A stretch of 64,000 nucleotides of DNA from Amoebophrya sp. A120 (Eukaryota; Protista; Dinoflagellata): NCBI GenBank assembly GCA_905178155.1, contig CAJINV010000001.1, forward strand, positions 9,507,865 through 9,571,864, written 5' to 3'. The translations under genes were made by a program, and so were the position numbers. Shown piece by piece: positions 36,701 to 48,300 of the stretch. The notes below the pieces were generated by a model. It saw only the letters and a program-made list of their open reading frames with translations. It was not told the DNA's origin and did no database searches. Within the stretch, counting starts at the first letter, position 1. The number at the start of each line of letters is the position of its first letter.

Positions 36701-38649
36701 AAAAATTCGAAAATAGTTATAAAATCAACAGTTGAACCTCTTATATGAATGTGATCGGGTTTACTCGCCCCTTGCGCGGCAGGCGACCGCGGACTGACAT
36801 GCTCAGGTCGGTACGAATTTCCGAGCCCCGCGGGATCTCCGGCTTTCGGTTCGACCTCTGCTTCGTCAGGCGCCACAAGCCTGGAACTGCGCAACGACGG
36901 CTGTGACCGTTTTTTCTCGAGCAGCACCTGTGCGAGTGCGTCCACGTTTGCCCGCTTCTCTGCCTGTTCGGTGTGCTTCTCAAGGGCCTGCAACAGCGTC
37001 GCCCGGGCTTCCTGTGCGACGGAATGCTCGCGATTCTCTCGCCGAACCTTTTGCTCCTTCAGCTTTTTCGTGTCTGCAGCGCTATGGTTGTAGTCGTCGC
37101 AGACGGCTTTCAGCTGGCGGACGCGGTCCGAAAACACGGGTACGGAAGAAGTTGGCTGTTGCGCGGAAGAGTTGATTTCTTGAGTTGTGCGAGCACCGTT
37201 TTCGACGGATGAGTTCGGAATGTTATCCTGCAGCGGTGCAGCAGTCTCTCCATTTCCGTAGCATCGTGCGCCATCGTGGTCCATGATCATTCGACTGGAA
37301 GACAGATGGGTCGCAGGTGCTAGGTAAGAAGAAGATTCACCAGTTTGATGATGAATGTCTGCATTCCTGTTCCAGTACCCCGAACTGGTTCTTTGAAGCG
37401 CCCCGGAGCTGCGTCCACGGTCCGGAGAACGACTCCTGCTTCTGCTCTGATGTCCGCCCGCTCTCGAATCTTCTGCGCTGCCTCCAAACGCGCCACCAAC
37501 GTCACCGTCAGCATCCGAAACAAGACGGCCTCTGGAACGACGTGTGTTTGACATTGGGGAGGGATCTCTGTACTGCTGCTTGTACTCAGAGACAAATTTC
37601 TCGCGCGGCCCCCGACTGTTTCGCGACCGGACTTGCTGCGGAGATTGTGACCGGGATCTGCTGCTATTAACGTTGTTGCGCCATGAAGGAGAGTTTTGTA
37701 GCAATTTTTCATGTTCCTGTTCCTCGTCGTACCCCTTGACGGCTGATTGGAGGTTCTTTTCAATCTCTTCGTGCGATCTTTTCAACTGCGCTCTCGACGA
37801 CCTAGGCGACAAAGATGAAGCATTCCTTGCATGCTCCCTCCCTTCCCGTCCATGATACCAGTCTTTATCGTTTTGCTGATGCCCCCTACCAGCATTACTG
37901 TTTGGCTTGTCGTTGTTCCAGCCGCTGTAGTTGTCATACCACGTTTTGTTGTGCCAGTTGGTGCCCCAATTGTTCCAATAGTCGTACTTTTGATTGGTCC
38001 GGTAGTTCTGTTGATATGACGTGCTATTCGAGTTGTTGTAGCCATGATACGTGCCTCCTTGACCATGGTCGTTGTACCACGACCCCCACTTGTCGTAGCT
38101 TTCTCGTCGTGCTGCTCCTCCCCACCAATTGCTAGTGTTTGGTGAAGTAGCTACCATGCGCGGACTCGCCCAGGAAGAAGTCGCTGGGTTGGGGGATGAA
38201 GATGGGCCTGACTTGTAGATGGCGTTCGGATCGCGCCGCGGGCTTCCTTGTCCCTGATGTTCAGTGGACGAACCATCCCGATTGTAACCAACGTTCTGCG
38301 TCGATACTGCAGCTGCATTGACGATTCCAGCAGAATATGGAGGTACGCCTACCCACCACGAAGTAGAGGGTCCTTTCGCATCCTCAAAATTACTCCGCGC
38401 CGGCGTCACAGGCTGGGGAATTTGAGTGACAGGTTGGTTGATTGTGCCAAACCCGAAGGCTGATCCCGGCTGCACCGAAGGGCCAGTTTGCACATGCTGC
38501 ATGACGACTGGGTAGTTTTGCGCCACCGAATCTGTCGAAAAGTGTGGCTGCCGTGGTGCCGCTGTTTTGCTACTTCGTCCATCCAACGAAGATGCCGCCG
38601 TAGTCAGCAATAAAAGGTTCGGATCCAAACTGGGCGCGTCCAGATTCAT
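33721..38649 (-). CDS. Hypothetical low-complexity protein (~1,340 aa, 6 exons) with a W/N/Y-rich segment
   Basis: Exons 36751-38649, 36377-36475, 35772-36244, 35366-35577, 34814-35220 and 33721-34656 join in frame through one TIR element and four GT-AG introns. No recognisable domain. ORF 38570-39295 may supply further 5' exons. Confidence 0.7.
36476..36745. mobile_element. Introner-like non-canonical intron 4, foldback type (270 bp, 57-bp TIR, 5-bp direct repeat TGAAT)
   Basis: TIRs starting TATAAGAGGTTCAACTGTTGATTTT match at 53/57. TGAAT lies at 36471-36475 and 36746-36750. Removal gives KPDHI-QDEKAGRV, open to a CAG|GT donor at 36376. Confidence 0.93.
36574..36659. repeat. Perfect 40-bp inverted repeat with a 6-nt loop inside element 4
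   Basis: 36574-36613 is the exact reverse complement of 36620-36659; the loop is TGTCTG. Confidence 0.97.
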
Positions 38650-39518
38650 GATGGAACTTGTTCTTCCGCCTGGCTTTGCCTTTCACGATGAAGTTGCGAC
38701 TGTGTGAGTCTGAGTCTATTATAAAGAATTCATATGATATTTTCCCACATGTTGATAAGCAATCCGCTCGCACTCCCTGGTCTCGTTGCCATGCATGTGA
38801 ACAGCAAGGTATAATTTGCCCAGCTCTTTCACTCCCGAGCACTCGTCTACTTTTTCTGATTCTCTTTACCCTTCCCGCAAAGAAAAGCAGCTGAACACCA
38901 TCTATGCACCGAAGAACCACGGACACGTCGGAGCACGGAGTTATATTGCTTCTTGGGCCCCGCGACGCGGTGAGTGATGATGATGATGAGTCAGCAACCC
39001 CATAGAGGTCAATCCAGCGATTTCCTTTTCTTTTGACACTCTGACGGACAGACACATTACTTGCGGAAAAGCCTCTTGCTGTATCGCTATCGGGCCTGGA
39101 TCGTGAAATATTTTGTATCGCTGTTCTTCTCGAACCTAGACCAATGCTCTTGAAGATAAAGGGTTCCTCTATGATAGAGGGTTCCTCTATCGATTCAAGG
39201 ACAGCATACACATACTGCTGGAGCTCACAGAATAATTTCGTGGCATGGGCTGCCTCATCTGGAAATCCATCATCATAATGCTTGGTCCTGCTCAAATCTT
39301 TCGTTATGTGTAGAATATTATTTGTTTTCGATTACATCGTGAAAGTGACTGTGAATGGTGGTTCAAAAACGGCCCTGGAGCGCGAGGACCAAAGCTCAGA
39401 AAAAAATGAAACAAAAACATGATGCGCGAAGACAGTCACGAAGAGCACCCTTGATGGTCGACATCTCGGGCTCCTTCGCGTTGGCATTGGGGGGTAAAAG
39501 CTTGTTTCCTGTGAAGGT

Positions 39519-41011
39519 TTATGCAACTCCCAGTTCCCGCAAACGCTCCATCAAAAAGTCTCCCGCAGTTTTGTACCGCTCGGAGAGGTACGTATCCTTC
39601 GTAGCGTGGATGAAGCACGGCGTTGACATCCGTTCGCCCTCTTCCATCTTCAAGACGCGGTGCGTGGTTGCGATGTATTCCCGGTTTGTCATCTCCTGCA
39701 GCATGTCGCCAATGTTGATCACAATCGACCCGGGGACACAGGGAACTTCATACCTGTTGTGTTTTCAGAACAACGAATTGTATTGAGAATGCCGGCGATA
39801 TAAATGTGCACAGATGATGAAACAGATCATAGAATTTGAAAAAAGTTCGACTCGAGAGAGAGTGAACGTGCTGCAGAAGCAAAAAAATGGTCAACGGCTT
39901 ACAATCGAACTGAAGCCACGATACCATTCCCCACTCTGGTTGCTCTGCACCTGCAGCCCGCGTGCCGAGCCGGCCGGAAGCACAGTGATCAGGTTGATGT
40001 CTTCGTGCGCGGCGGCGCGCACGGCGCCGGGCGCAAAGTCCTTGCTTTTGTATGCGGGGTAGTGCAAGACACGCAGCATCGTCTGCTCCTCAGACAGGCA
40101 GTCCGTAAGTTTCCCCGGTAAGCGCGCACGGACCTCTGGATCCATATGCTCGTCAATCCACTGCAGCAAAATGCGCCCTGGGTGTTGTGAAAAATTTAAG
40201 TAAATTTTCTTATCAACTTCTAATATAGGCGTGGTAACAATAGATGGATGCGCGTGCGCCCCCGCAGGCATCGTCACAGGTGCGATTTTTACAAACTATG
40301 ACGTGCTGACGCAGACATGTTTGACATTTATCAACATTGACCATCTCCATCCACAAGAACCAAAAGAACTTCCGTACCTAGCTGGATCATCTGGCGAAAG
40401 AGTTTCTGCGCCCGCAATGACACCTCTTTCGGGTAGCGGCCCCACGGGAAGTAGCATTGGTAGTAGTGTTTGATGTCCCGCACGGTCTGACCTTTCGCGG
40501 ACTCAGCGTGCTTCACCGGAAAGTAGCCGTCCTGGGTCTTCAAATTCCGCATGTACGGAAGCGGGCTCTTGCTCTTGCTTTTTCCGTTTTTCTCGAGGGA
40601 AAACATTTCTGCTTGCTTTTGGTTTATTTGCTCCTTCGGGGTAGTGTCATCCACGATTTCATTTCCATCCTCCTCGCTTTCATCCGCGTTGCAATCCGGG
40701 TCGGTAGAGGTGGTCGAAAACTCCTGCTCAAGGTCCTCCTCGGCGCACAATTTTTCTTGGTTTTCGTCCAGGTACGTCAGAAAATCGCGCCATTCTTGGT
40801 ACACCTCCTGAATAAGTTTTTCGTCCACGATATGATTGGTCAGCACCGCGAATCCGGTGTCTTTCAGCGACTGCGCAAAGACTGCGGGCGCGTTGGCCGC
40901 CTGGAAATCCACGATCTTCAAACTATCCCAAAACTTGACCTCCTGCTCTCCCGCGGAGTGCGCCGAAACATCGGGGGAGGGCGGAGTGCTAGCCGTCCTT
41001 GTGTTCGTCAT
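39519..41011 (-). CDS. 2-oxoglutarate/Fe(II)-dependent oxygenase, isopenicillin N synthase-like family, 3 exons
   Basis: Motifs SLKDTGFAVLTNH, LRVLHYP, AAAHEDINLITVL (HxD), GLQV, INIGDMLQ, TTHRV (distal His) and RMS (2OG-binding RxS). GT-AG introns at 40178-40377 and 39754-39924. Confidence 0.93.
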
Positions 41012-42609
41012 CCTGGCAGGCGACTACGACTGGATCAAGAATGTAGTAGGTGTGGATTGATGTGATAGGTACTAACCTCTCACGGTTCGAGTTAGAATGT
41101 TATATGTGATATTAGTTGGAATGGAGGAATAGTTGTAAGGACAAGCTAGCTGCGGTGGCCGAGAACCAGTCGCGGTCTGTTGTTCTCGCAAAAAAGTGAA
41201 AGAGAACCTAGTTGTTTTGGCACTGTCTCTGCCTACTTGACCTTCAAAGTTAGAGACAAAAATGTAGCTCCACGGCAAGAGCTAGAGCAAGAGCGACAAC
41301 AAATAGATGCAGAAATTGAATACACGTACACACGACTACATAACAACCGAGGAACAATGGATAAAGTCGTCGTCTTACTTGTTCGTTTGAAGCCATAACA
41401 GATGAAGATCTTATCCTTCGCAGTTGAGCGCTGTTGATCACACGACACCCGGTTCTTTGTATGAACTTCTTCTAGACGCATTTCTCGTTGGCCATTTTGG
41501 ACATACAACATTCTTTACAGGTTGTTTGTATTACCGACTTTGACAATTGATGAAAATCGCTGCCGCACGCTGCATTTTCGATACATACCTCGACTTTTTT
41601 CATGATATTGATTATTCATATTTTTCCCCGTTCGAAGCAAAGATCACGGATCTTCGGGCACACTAGAGCCAAAATGATTATCGCATCCCTTCGTGACACG
41701 TCATGGACTTGTTCCTGGGCGTGGACATCTTGGCCAACGGCAACACAAAACTTCATGGTTCCCAAGTTGTGCCATTTCTGGTTTGCATCACTTCTTTCAC
41801 CCGATGAATGGGCTCATTGATGTCGCTGTGCTATGGTGCTAGCATAAGTACATTTTGTGGGGCGGGATGGGTTGTGTCTTCGCAAAAATGGTTTGCTTGC
41901 GCGTAGGGGAGAAGCGCGCTTGGGTGTCTGCAACTCTCCAACATGCCCGCCCGTTCGCGAGAGGCGGACTTACGGCCAGTCAAACGTTTCTAGGACAAGA
42001 ATAAGAAACACAAAATGGCGTCGTGGATGTCGCGCATCAAATGATGAGTTAGAGAAGTTTCATGATAATGTCGTCGTTGTTGTATTTTTTGCGATGGATT
42101 TTTAGAGCGACAATCTAATCTGTGGTCGCTTGTGGTTGTGTCTAACGTTTGTCGAGCCTATGAGAGTAAGACGTGGCAAAAGCGTCATGTTTAAATGTGG
42201 AAATTTTTCAGAGTGCGAACGACAAAGGTCAGAGACCAGTCCTCTTTGTGTCTCTCCTCTGTCTCATCTTCAACGTAGGCAGATCTCCCCGATATTCCTT
42301 CGGCAAAAAAAGATGATGCTGCGCATCTTTTCCTGTCCGCGTTGTGTCCTTTTTGTTCAACGTCGAGTGAAAAACAAAGGTCGTCATCTTCTTCTTCGTT
42401 GAATCTCCATACGAAAAGTAGGGCTTACACAGCACTCCACCTCCACCTTCCTCCGGTCCGTCGCTTCAAAGGTCGCTGAAAAATGTGTTTCGGCCGGCGC
42501 TACCACTTGCGCTGACGAGGTCTTCGACGCAATCTGCCTGCAGAAAAATTTGCTCCATAGATCACGCAGATCCGCAGTACCGTCGGTGGAGCAGGAGCCC
42601 CCGGCCTCA

Positions 42610-44051
42610 TTAAAAGAAGTTGGTGTGGTGTTCCGGAAGAGGAAGGCTCAACTTCGGTGTCTGCGGTCCTTTGCCGCGGTGCTGGTCGTGGTAACCATGA
42701 TATCCGTCGTACTCGTACTCCAGATCGGTTTCTATCCTTCGCGGTTGCACAGTGAGAAAGACGTCAGGCCCGCTAAATTGCCTCAGGATTCCCGATATCA
42801 GTTCGGGAGTGAGGATGGTGGAGCCTGTGGGAGTTGTTGTTTCGATAACTCTTGCTCGAACAGTAGTCGCATTGCTGTTTGCCGCCAAAAGAACAGCATT
42901 TTTCCGTAATAAATACCGTCGAGTCAACACGACGGACATACGTATGTGAAAATGAAAATTACGATGCGCACCCGAGCTGGGGTCGGGACAGATGTGCCGT
43001 TTCCACTGCTCCACGTCGCAAACCTTTCCAACGCGCCAGTCCCATATACTCCTGCACTCGTCGTGGTGGTGCCCTATGCGTACCGCGTCGCCGTTGTTTT
43101 CCGTGCGAAACTTCCGTATCTCTTTCACGATCTTTCGCGGAATCTCGCGACACAGAATGTAAATGGGCAGCGGCGGTGGGGACGACGAGAGGTCCTTGTT
43201 TCGCCCGTTGTTCGGGGACACCCGCGTGGAACTTTTGCCCTGCTGTTGCATCAAGCGTGCGTCCGACCGTTGCCTCCGGCGCAGCTCCGCGGCCTTTTCG
43301 ACGCAGTACTTCTGCAGGCAGTAGAGTCGCCGGTTGTCAAACGTAAACCACCGCTCCTTCCCCAGTTTGTCCTCAAGGTCCTGTCGCTTCCACACAGACT
43401 GAAACTCGATTTTGTCCTCCTCGTCGTCATCTTGTTCACCACCTGTAGAGCGTGAAGTCGGGAAGTGAGGTCCAAAAACAAACTCACAGGACGAGGGTTT
43501 GTTATCGTCCATCGACTAGTTTCTATGGTCGGATTCGTGTCATGTAGGTTAACTGTAGCAGTCAACTTCAACATCTTCCAAGCCTCGGTGTATAATTTTC
43601 GACCTGCTACGAGTCCTGGCCCTGCACTCAGGCTTGCTCAAGACAAGTTGTTCATCAATCAAATAAGTAAGTACTATATACCTCCGTTGTCTTTCTCGTT
43701 CCGTGCGGAGTTCGGTTTTGGGTCCCTGCGCTTGGCACGCCAGCGGACCACGTCGATGCAGGGAAAGGGGTGCTCGAGAAGCAGGTACTTTGATGTTTCC
43801 CGCACCCGGATGTCAGCAATTGCCATCTCGATGTCCCGCCCGTCCTGGAATTGCGGAGCTATTCTGACCTGTGAAAACCCGAGCTGCAGGGGAGAGAGCA
43901 GCCAGAACCTGTATTCCGGGTCCTCCTCGGGCCGAGGTCCGCCGCGCGCGCCCATCGGCGCGGTGGATGAAGAGCTACCTCCGCCGTTCCCCACATGCTG
44001 ATGTTGATGTCTCCCCCCGTGACCGCCATGGTGCTGGTGGTCTTGCCGCAT
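42610..44051 (-). CDS. Protein with a ParB-like/DNRRL domain
   Basis: LGFSQVRIAPQFQDGR...PFPCIDVV (ORF 43674-44075) joins WFTFDNRRLYCLQ (ORF 42610-43512) via a phase-1 GT-AG intron (~43444-43681). The 3' end is uncertain. Confidence 0.65.
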
Positions 44052-45385
44052 GGCTACTCCTGGAAAAGCTGACAACCACTATCGCTGCCCCTGCCGCCGG
44101 TTATACCTCATATCAGTTCCTAATGGCAAGAAAAAAGAATCTCGAACCATGGTGGGAAGTGCGTGCGCCCCGTGGTGTGCTTTATGTTCGTCATAGCAAC
44201 GAGGACCTCGTCGCGCTCTGAGAGTGTGTGCGGTCGCTGTTGAGCGTGAGCCGAATCTTCAACATATGTTTTTGAATATCGAGGATGCTGCGCTATTTGT
44301 CATTGATCCTAGGGACAGGGAATACGAGTAGGAGTACTGTTTGTTAGTGTCTTGGAATTTTATCATTATCATATTCATATCCACTGGCGTAGCTAGTCTC
44401 AACTTTCTCTAGACGAGCGGGGAGCTTCTTTTGTTTTTGAAAAACGGTCCTGAAGTCGTGTCGCACCACGCATCTCTACCAAACCGTCCTTGAGTATCGG
44501 GTTACAGAAGAGACTAAAAAGTAAAGTGCGTCACAGCCACGGGCGATAAAAAACAAAAAGGCGACACACGTTCACATGTCAAAAATCAGAGATACTGCCG
44601 CAGTCAGAGTCGCCTGGAAGGGAAGATGAGCAAGCAGGTCAATGCTGTGAAGCTGAAGATTGCGGAATCTTCGCGTTTTTGGATCGTGTTGCGAGAAAGC
44701 AGTAGACGTTGGCGTTAGGATACTACCAGCGTTTTCTTCTTCGCGCAGATCTGCTCGGTGTCACTGCTATAAATCAAAATCTGAGGAAGTAAATGAAAAT
44801 CGTGGCGACTGGAAAATGATATGCAGTCGGCCCTCTCCTGGTACTTGCGGTGGAGCTCGCATCGATCCTGGTAGCTTCATCGCTATGAGTGTAAAAAGAA
44901 CAAAGTACTGAGCAAAGTTTATCTAGGATCTAGTACTAATGTACTTTACAGGAACTACACTTGGTAAGTTTTCTGAATGGAATTTGCCGAGCGCAGTTCC
45001 TGATCATATCACCTGGTCATGTGCCACTTTTGGATCTGTTTCTATGACACAAGAGCGCAACAAGTGGATCTTCCTTGAAAAAGTACCATTGACCACCTGG
45101 AGGTGATGTTTTTCAAAAAGTAACGGCAAAGGACGGCAGTCGCACGAAACAGAGAAGGCAACAACGGCTTCGATGAACACAGCTTCACTACCAAATGCAG
45201 GTCCCATTCTCGGCCGCAGAAGGGATGCGAAAGAGTCACAGTCACTCTGTCAAATACAAATTGTAATTGATAATTCACAGATTCAGATACACGTAGATGT
45301 GTTGCACTTTTGTGCAGGAAAGTAACCGCTGGATGTTTCATCCAAGCAAGGTCAAACCCATGACACTATCACAGCAAAAAAATCA

Positions 45386-48300
45386 TCATAAGCGACTGGA
45401 GCTACACGCCGGTGAATCACAAACATGCTTTTGCCCATCATCTCCACCAGGTATTTTTTCCAAGGCGAGACCTCCAACACGCGATGTGCTCATGCTAGCT
45501 GGCTCAGGGTCAGGCGTACAATTGCTACTGCGCTTCTTGTACCTCCCGACATTCACCATCGTCGAGATCGGAACATCCTCCATCGAAAGCCTCGGAGTTC
45601 GCATGCCGGCGTAGCAGCTCAACGTTCCTACCGAAAGCGGCTCCCGCTCGTCCATCTGTTTGCGCGAGAAAGCCTCCTCCTGTTCTTTTTGCGCCCGAGA
45701 ATTAGCGGCCTGAAGACGAGAGAGAACCGGATCATCGGCATCTAGTTGCTGCTCCGATCCAGGTAGTTGTGTTGGGTTTATTTCAGTAGCGTCTCGCGCA
45801 AGAAGTGGTACGTCTTCTCGATACATCGCTGCGCCAGCACCAGCAGCCGCATATTGGGTTAAGCCCGACTGCTGCTGCGCATTCGTGCTGTTCTCGCGAT
45901 CCAGTTCTTGCGCCGCTAAGTAGTACGTGGAGGAAGACGAGGCGGTTTCTGCACGCTCCAGGCCAGGTATGGTGGTTGTGGTGTTGCCAGCGTTCGTGCG
46001 CTTTCTTTTTTGTCCGAGTTCCCCATGTTCATGATGGTAACGTAAACGAGTTTCCTCAAACAACTCTTTCAACGACAGATCATGCTGGAGCTGAACGCCG
46101 GATGGTGATTGTGCTTGGGATTGCTTCGCTGCGCTGGTGCCGCTGCCATTTTCTTCTTCAGTCTTTGCAGCTGTTGTTCCTGTCGCTGAACAACCTGATC
46201 CTTTAAAGTGCTTCTCGTTGAATTCCAAGTGCTTTACCAGTTGCTCGCAGTAAAACGACGCGAAGGTCCCCAAAGCCGGCTCGTACTGTCCCGAGGTTAC
46301 CATCACAAACAGTGGCCAGGAGAGCGTGTCGAAGTATCTTTGGTAACTCTTCAAGGTGAAGAAGTTTGCGAAGCCGCCAGAGAGGCAAAACTGGTACAAA
46401 GTGATGACTTGCGTGTTCGGCGATCGAGCGGTGAGGTCGTGGAAAGCCTGAAAGAGCTGCTGGCTATAGAGTCGGAAGCGGTACTTTGGGGCGCCCCAGT
46501 CCACGGACGTGCGGCGCGACCGGACGCGATTTTTGTTTCTGACGTTGGAAGAGACACCGCCTGCTGCAGGCGTTGTGCTTGCTGCTATTATGCCAGCAGT
46601 CGATGCCGGTCCGCAACTTGCAGCCGGGCCGTCGCTTCGCGGAGTGAACACCTTTTTGCTACTACTCGCGGGCGAAGAAGTTGCCGATATTGAAACGTGT
46701 CCAACCGAGCCCGAGAGCGAGGAACCGTCCAAGTCGTTCTCCGTTTCATTCGTCTCACCCGCGAGCAATCGCGCGCTTGTCTCATTGACCTGCTGTTGAT
46801 TCAGGGCTTGCGAATGGTTGGCCGCCGTCTCCGTGATGTTCATCACGAAATCAGCCGTGCCGGGGCCCATCCCGAAGTCCTGTCGAGGCGAGGAGGCGGC
46901 TCCTGCGTTCCGCGTGCTCATCTGGTGCTCCGTGTCGCTGGGGCTGGCGCTGGCACTGCGACTCACGTTGCTATCGCGCCCACTCGCGGCACCTTCCTCG
47001 TCGACGAACCCCTGGGTGGCAGCGATGGAATAGATGTGGTCTTGGTCCGCCGCTGTCGGGTAGGGAAAGTGGCAATACCACTCGTCCCAAGCCTCCTCTT
47101 TCCCCTTCACCGCCGGATGCGTATTGCCGTGGGTATTGATCAGAAGGAAAACTGAGCCAGGGTTCCGCGGCAGCGTCTTGCGTTTCGCTCTCCTCTTTTC
47201 GTAGTTCTTGCGACCAGCTGACGCTGCAGATGAAGTAAATTGCTCATGTGTGCGCTTATGACTGGCTTTGTAGGGTGTCAGAAAGTACTGCTCATTTTCC
47301 GGGCCCCCGGAATTACTGCCAGCTATCCCGCTCTGGCTCTTTGGTGTCGTGAACGAGTCATCGAATAGAGATGCCGAGGATGCGCTGCTGCAGTCTTCGG
47401 CACTGCCGCCCGATGACGTCGTCGCTTCTTGAAATAATTTGGTTGGGTGCTGCTTATTTCTCGTCGTTGCTGCCGATGAACTACTTGAGGACGACGCTGG
47501 TGTTGCGGCACTTCCAGGGTTGCGCAGGACGCTGAGCAGGCTCCAGACGTTGACGTCTTCGTAATCGTAGTCCGCCCCGCCGTTCTGCAGCAACGCTTCG
47601 CAGTCCTTGTACGTTTCCCTTTTTTTTCGCTGCATGGTCTCGAAGAACTCGGGCGTGGCTTTCCCCGTCAACCGCTGGCAGCTCTCCGTGCTCGAGGTCA
47701 CTTCCTCCAGCCAGTCCAGCGTTTCCTGGAGTTGCGTTACGACGATGATCCGGTCCGCGCCGAACCACGGGAGTAGTTTCTCGTACATCCGCCCAATGTT
47801 CTGCAGCGAGCAGTGGCCGCCAAGGTACTTGCCCGGTCGAGTTCTGTTCTTGTCCGCAACCATGGCACCTCCGCTCTCACCACCGACGAGGATGCACCAA
47901 GCGGTGCCGTCTGTTGCTTCATCAAGGGTTACTTTCCTGTCTGAGTTTGGTGATTGGGATTGCGGTGCTGCACCGGCTTCAGCAGTGGAGGAACTCTTGC
48001 TATTCAGTACTTCCTCACCGTGCATATCCCGGCTCCGGTCCGCGTGCTGGTCACAGCAATTCGCCCGGTGCTTCCGAATTTGTCTGAGAAACCGCTCTTC
48101 TGACTTTTGCGCGAACTCAGCTTGAGCCACATCGAGAATTTCCGTCTCGATACGTTGCACGGTGGTGGCTGCCAGAGGGAAATAGTACTCCCGTACGTCC
48201 ATTGCCATTGGCGAGGCAGTTTCTTGAGAAGACTTTTCCGCGATATTGATATCGTCATCAGGTAAAATAACGCTCGCACCGGAGCAGCTTGGCTGAAACG

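Noticed and set aside
39161-39190. Tandem GGGTTCCTCTAT duplication within ORF 38570-39295
   Set aside because: This is a simple local duplication; the ORF has no recognisable domain and its exon status is unresolved.
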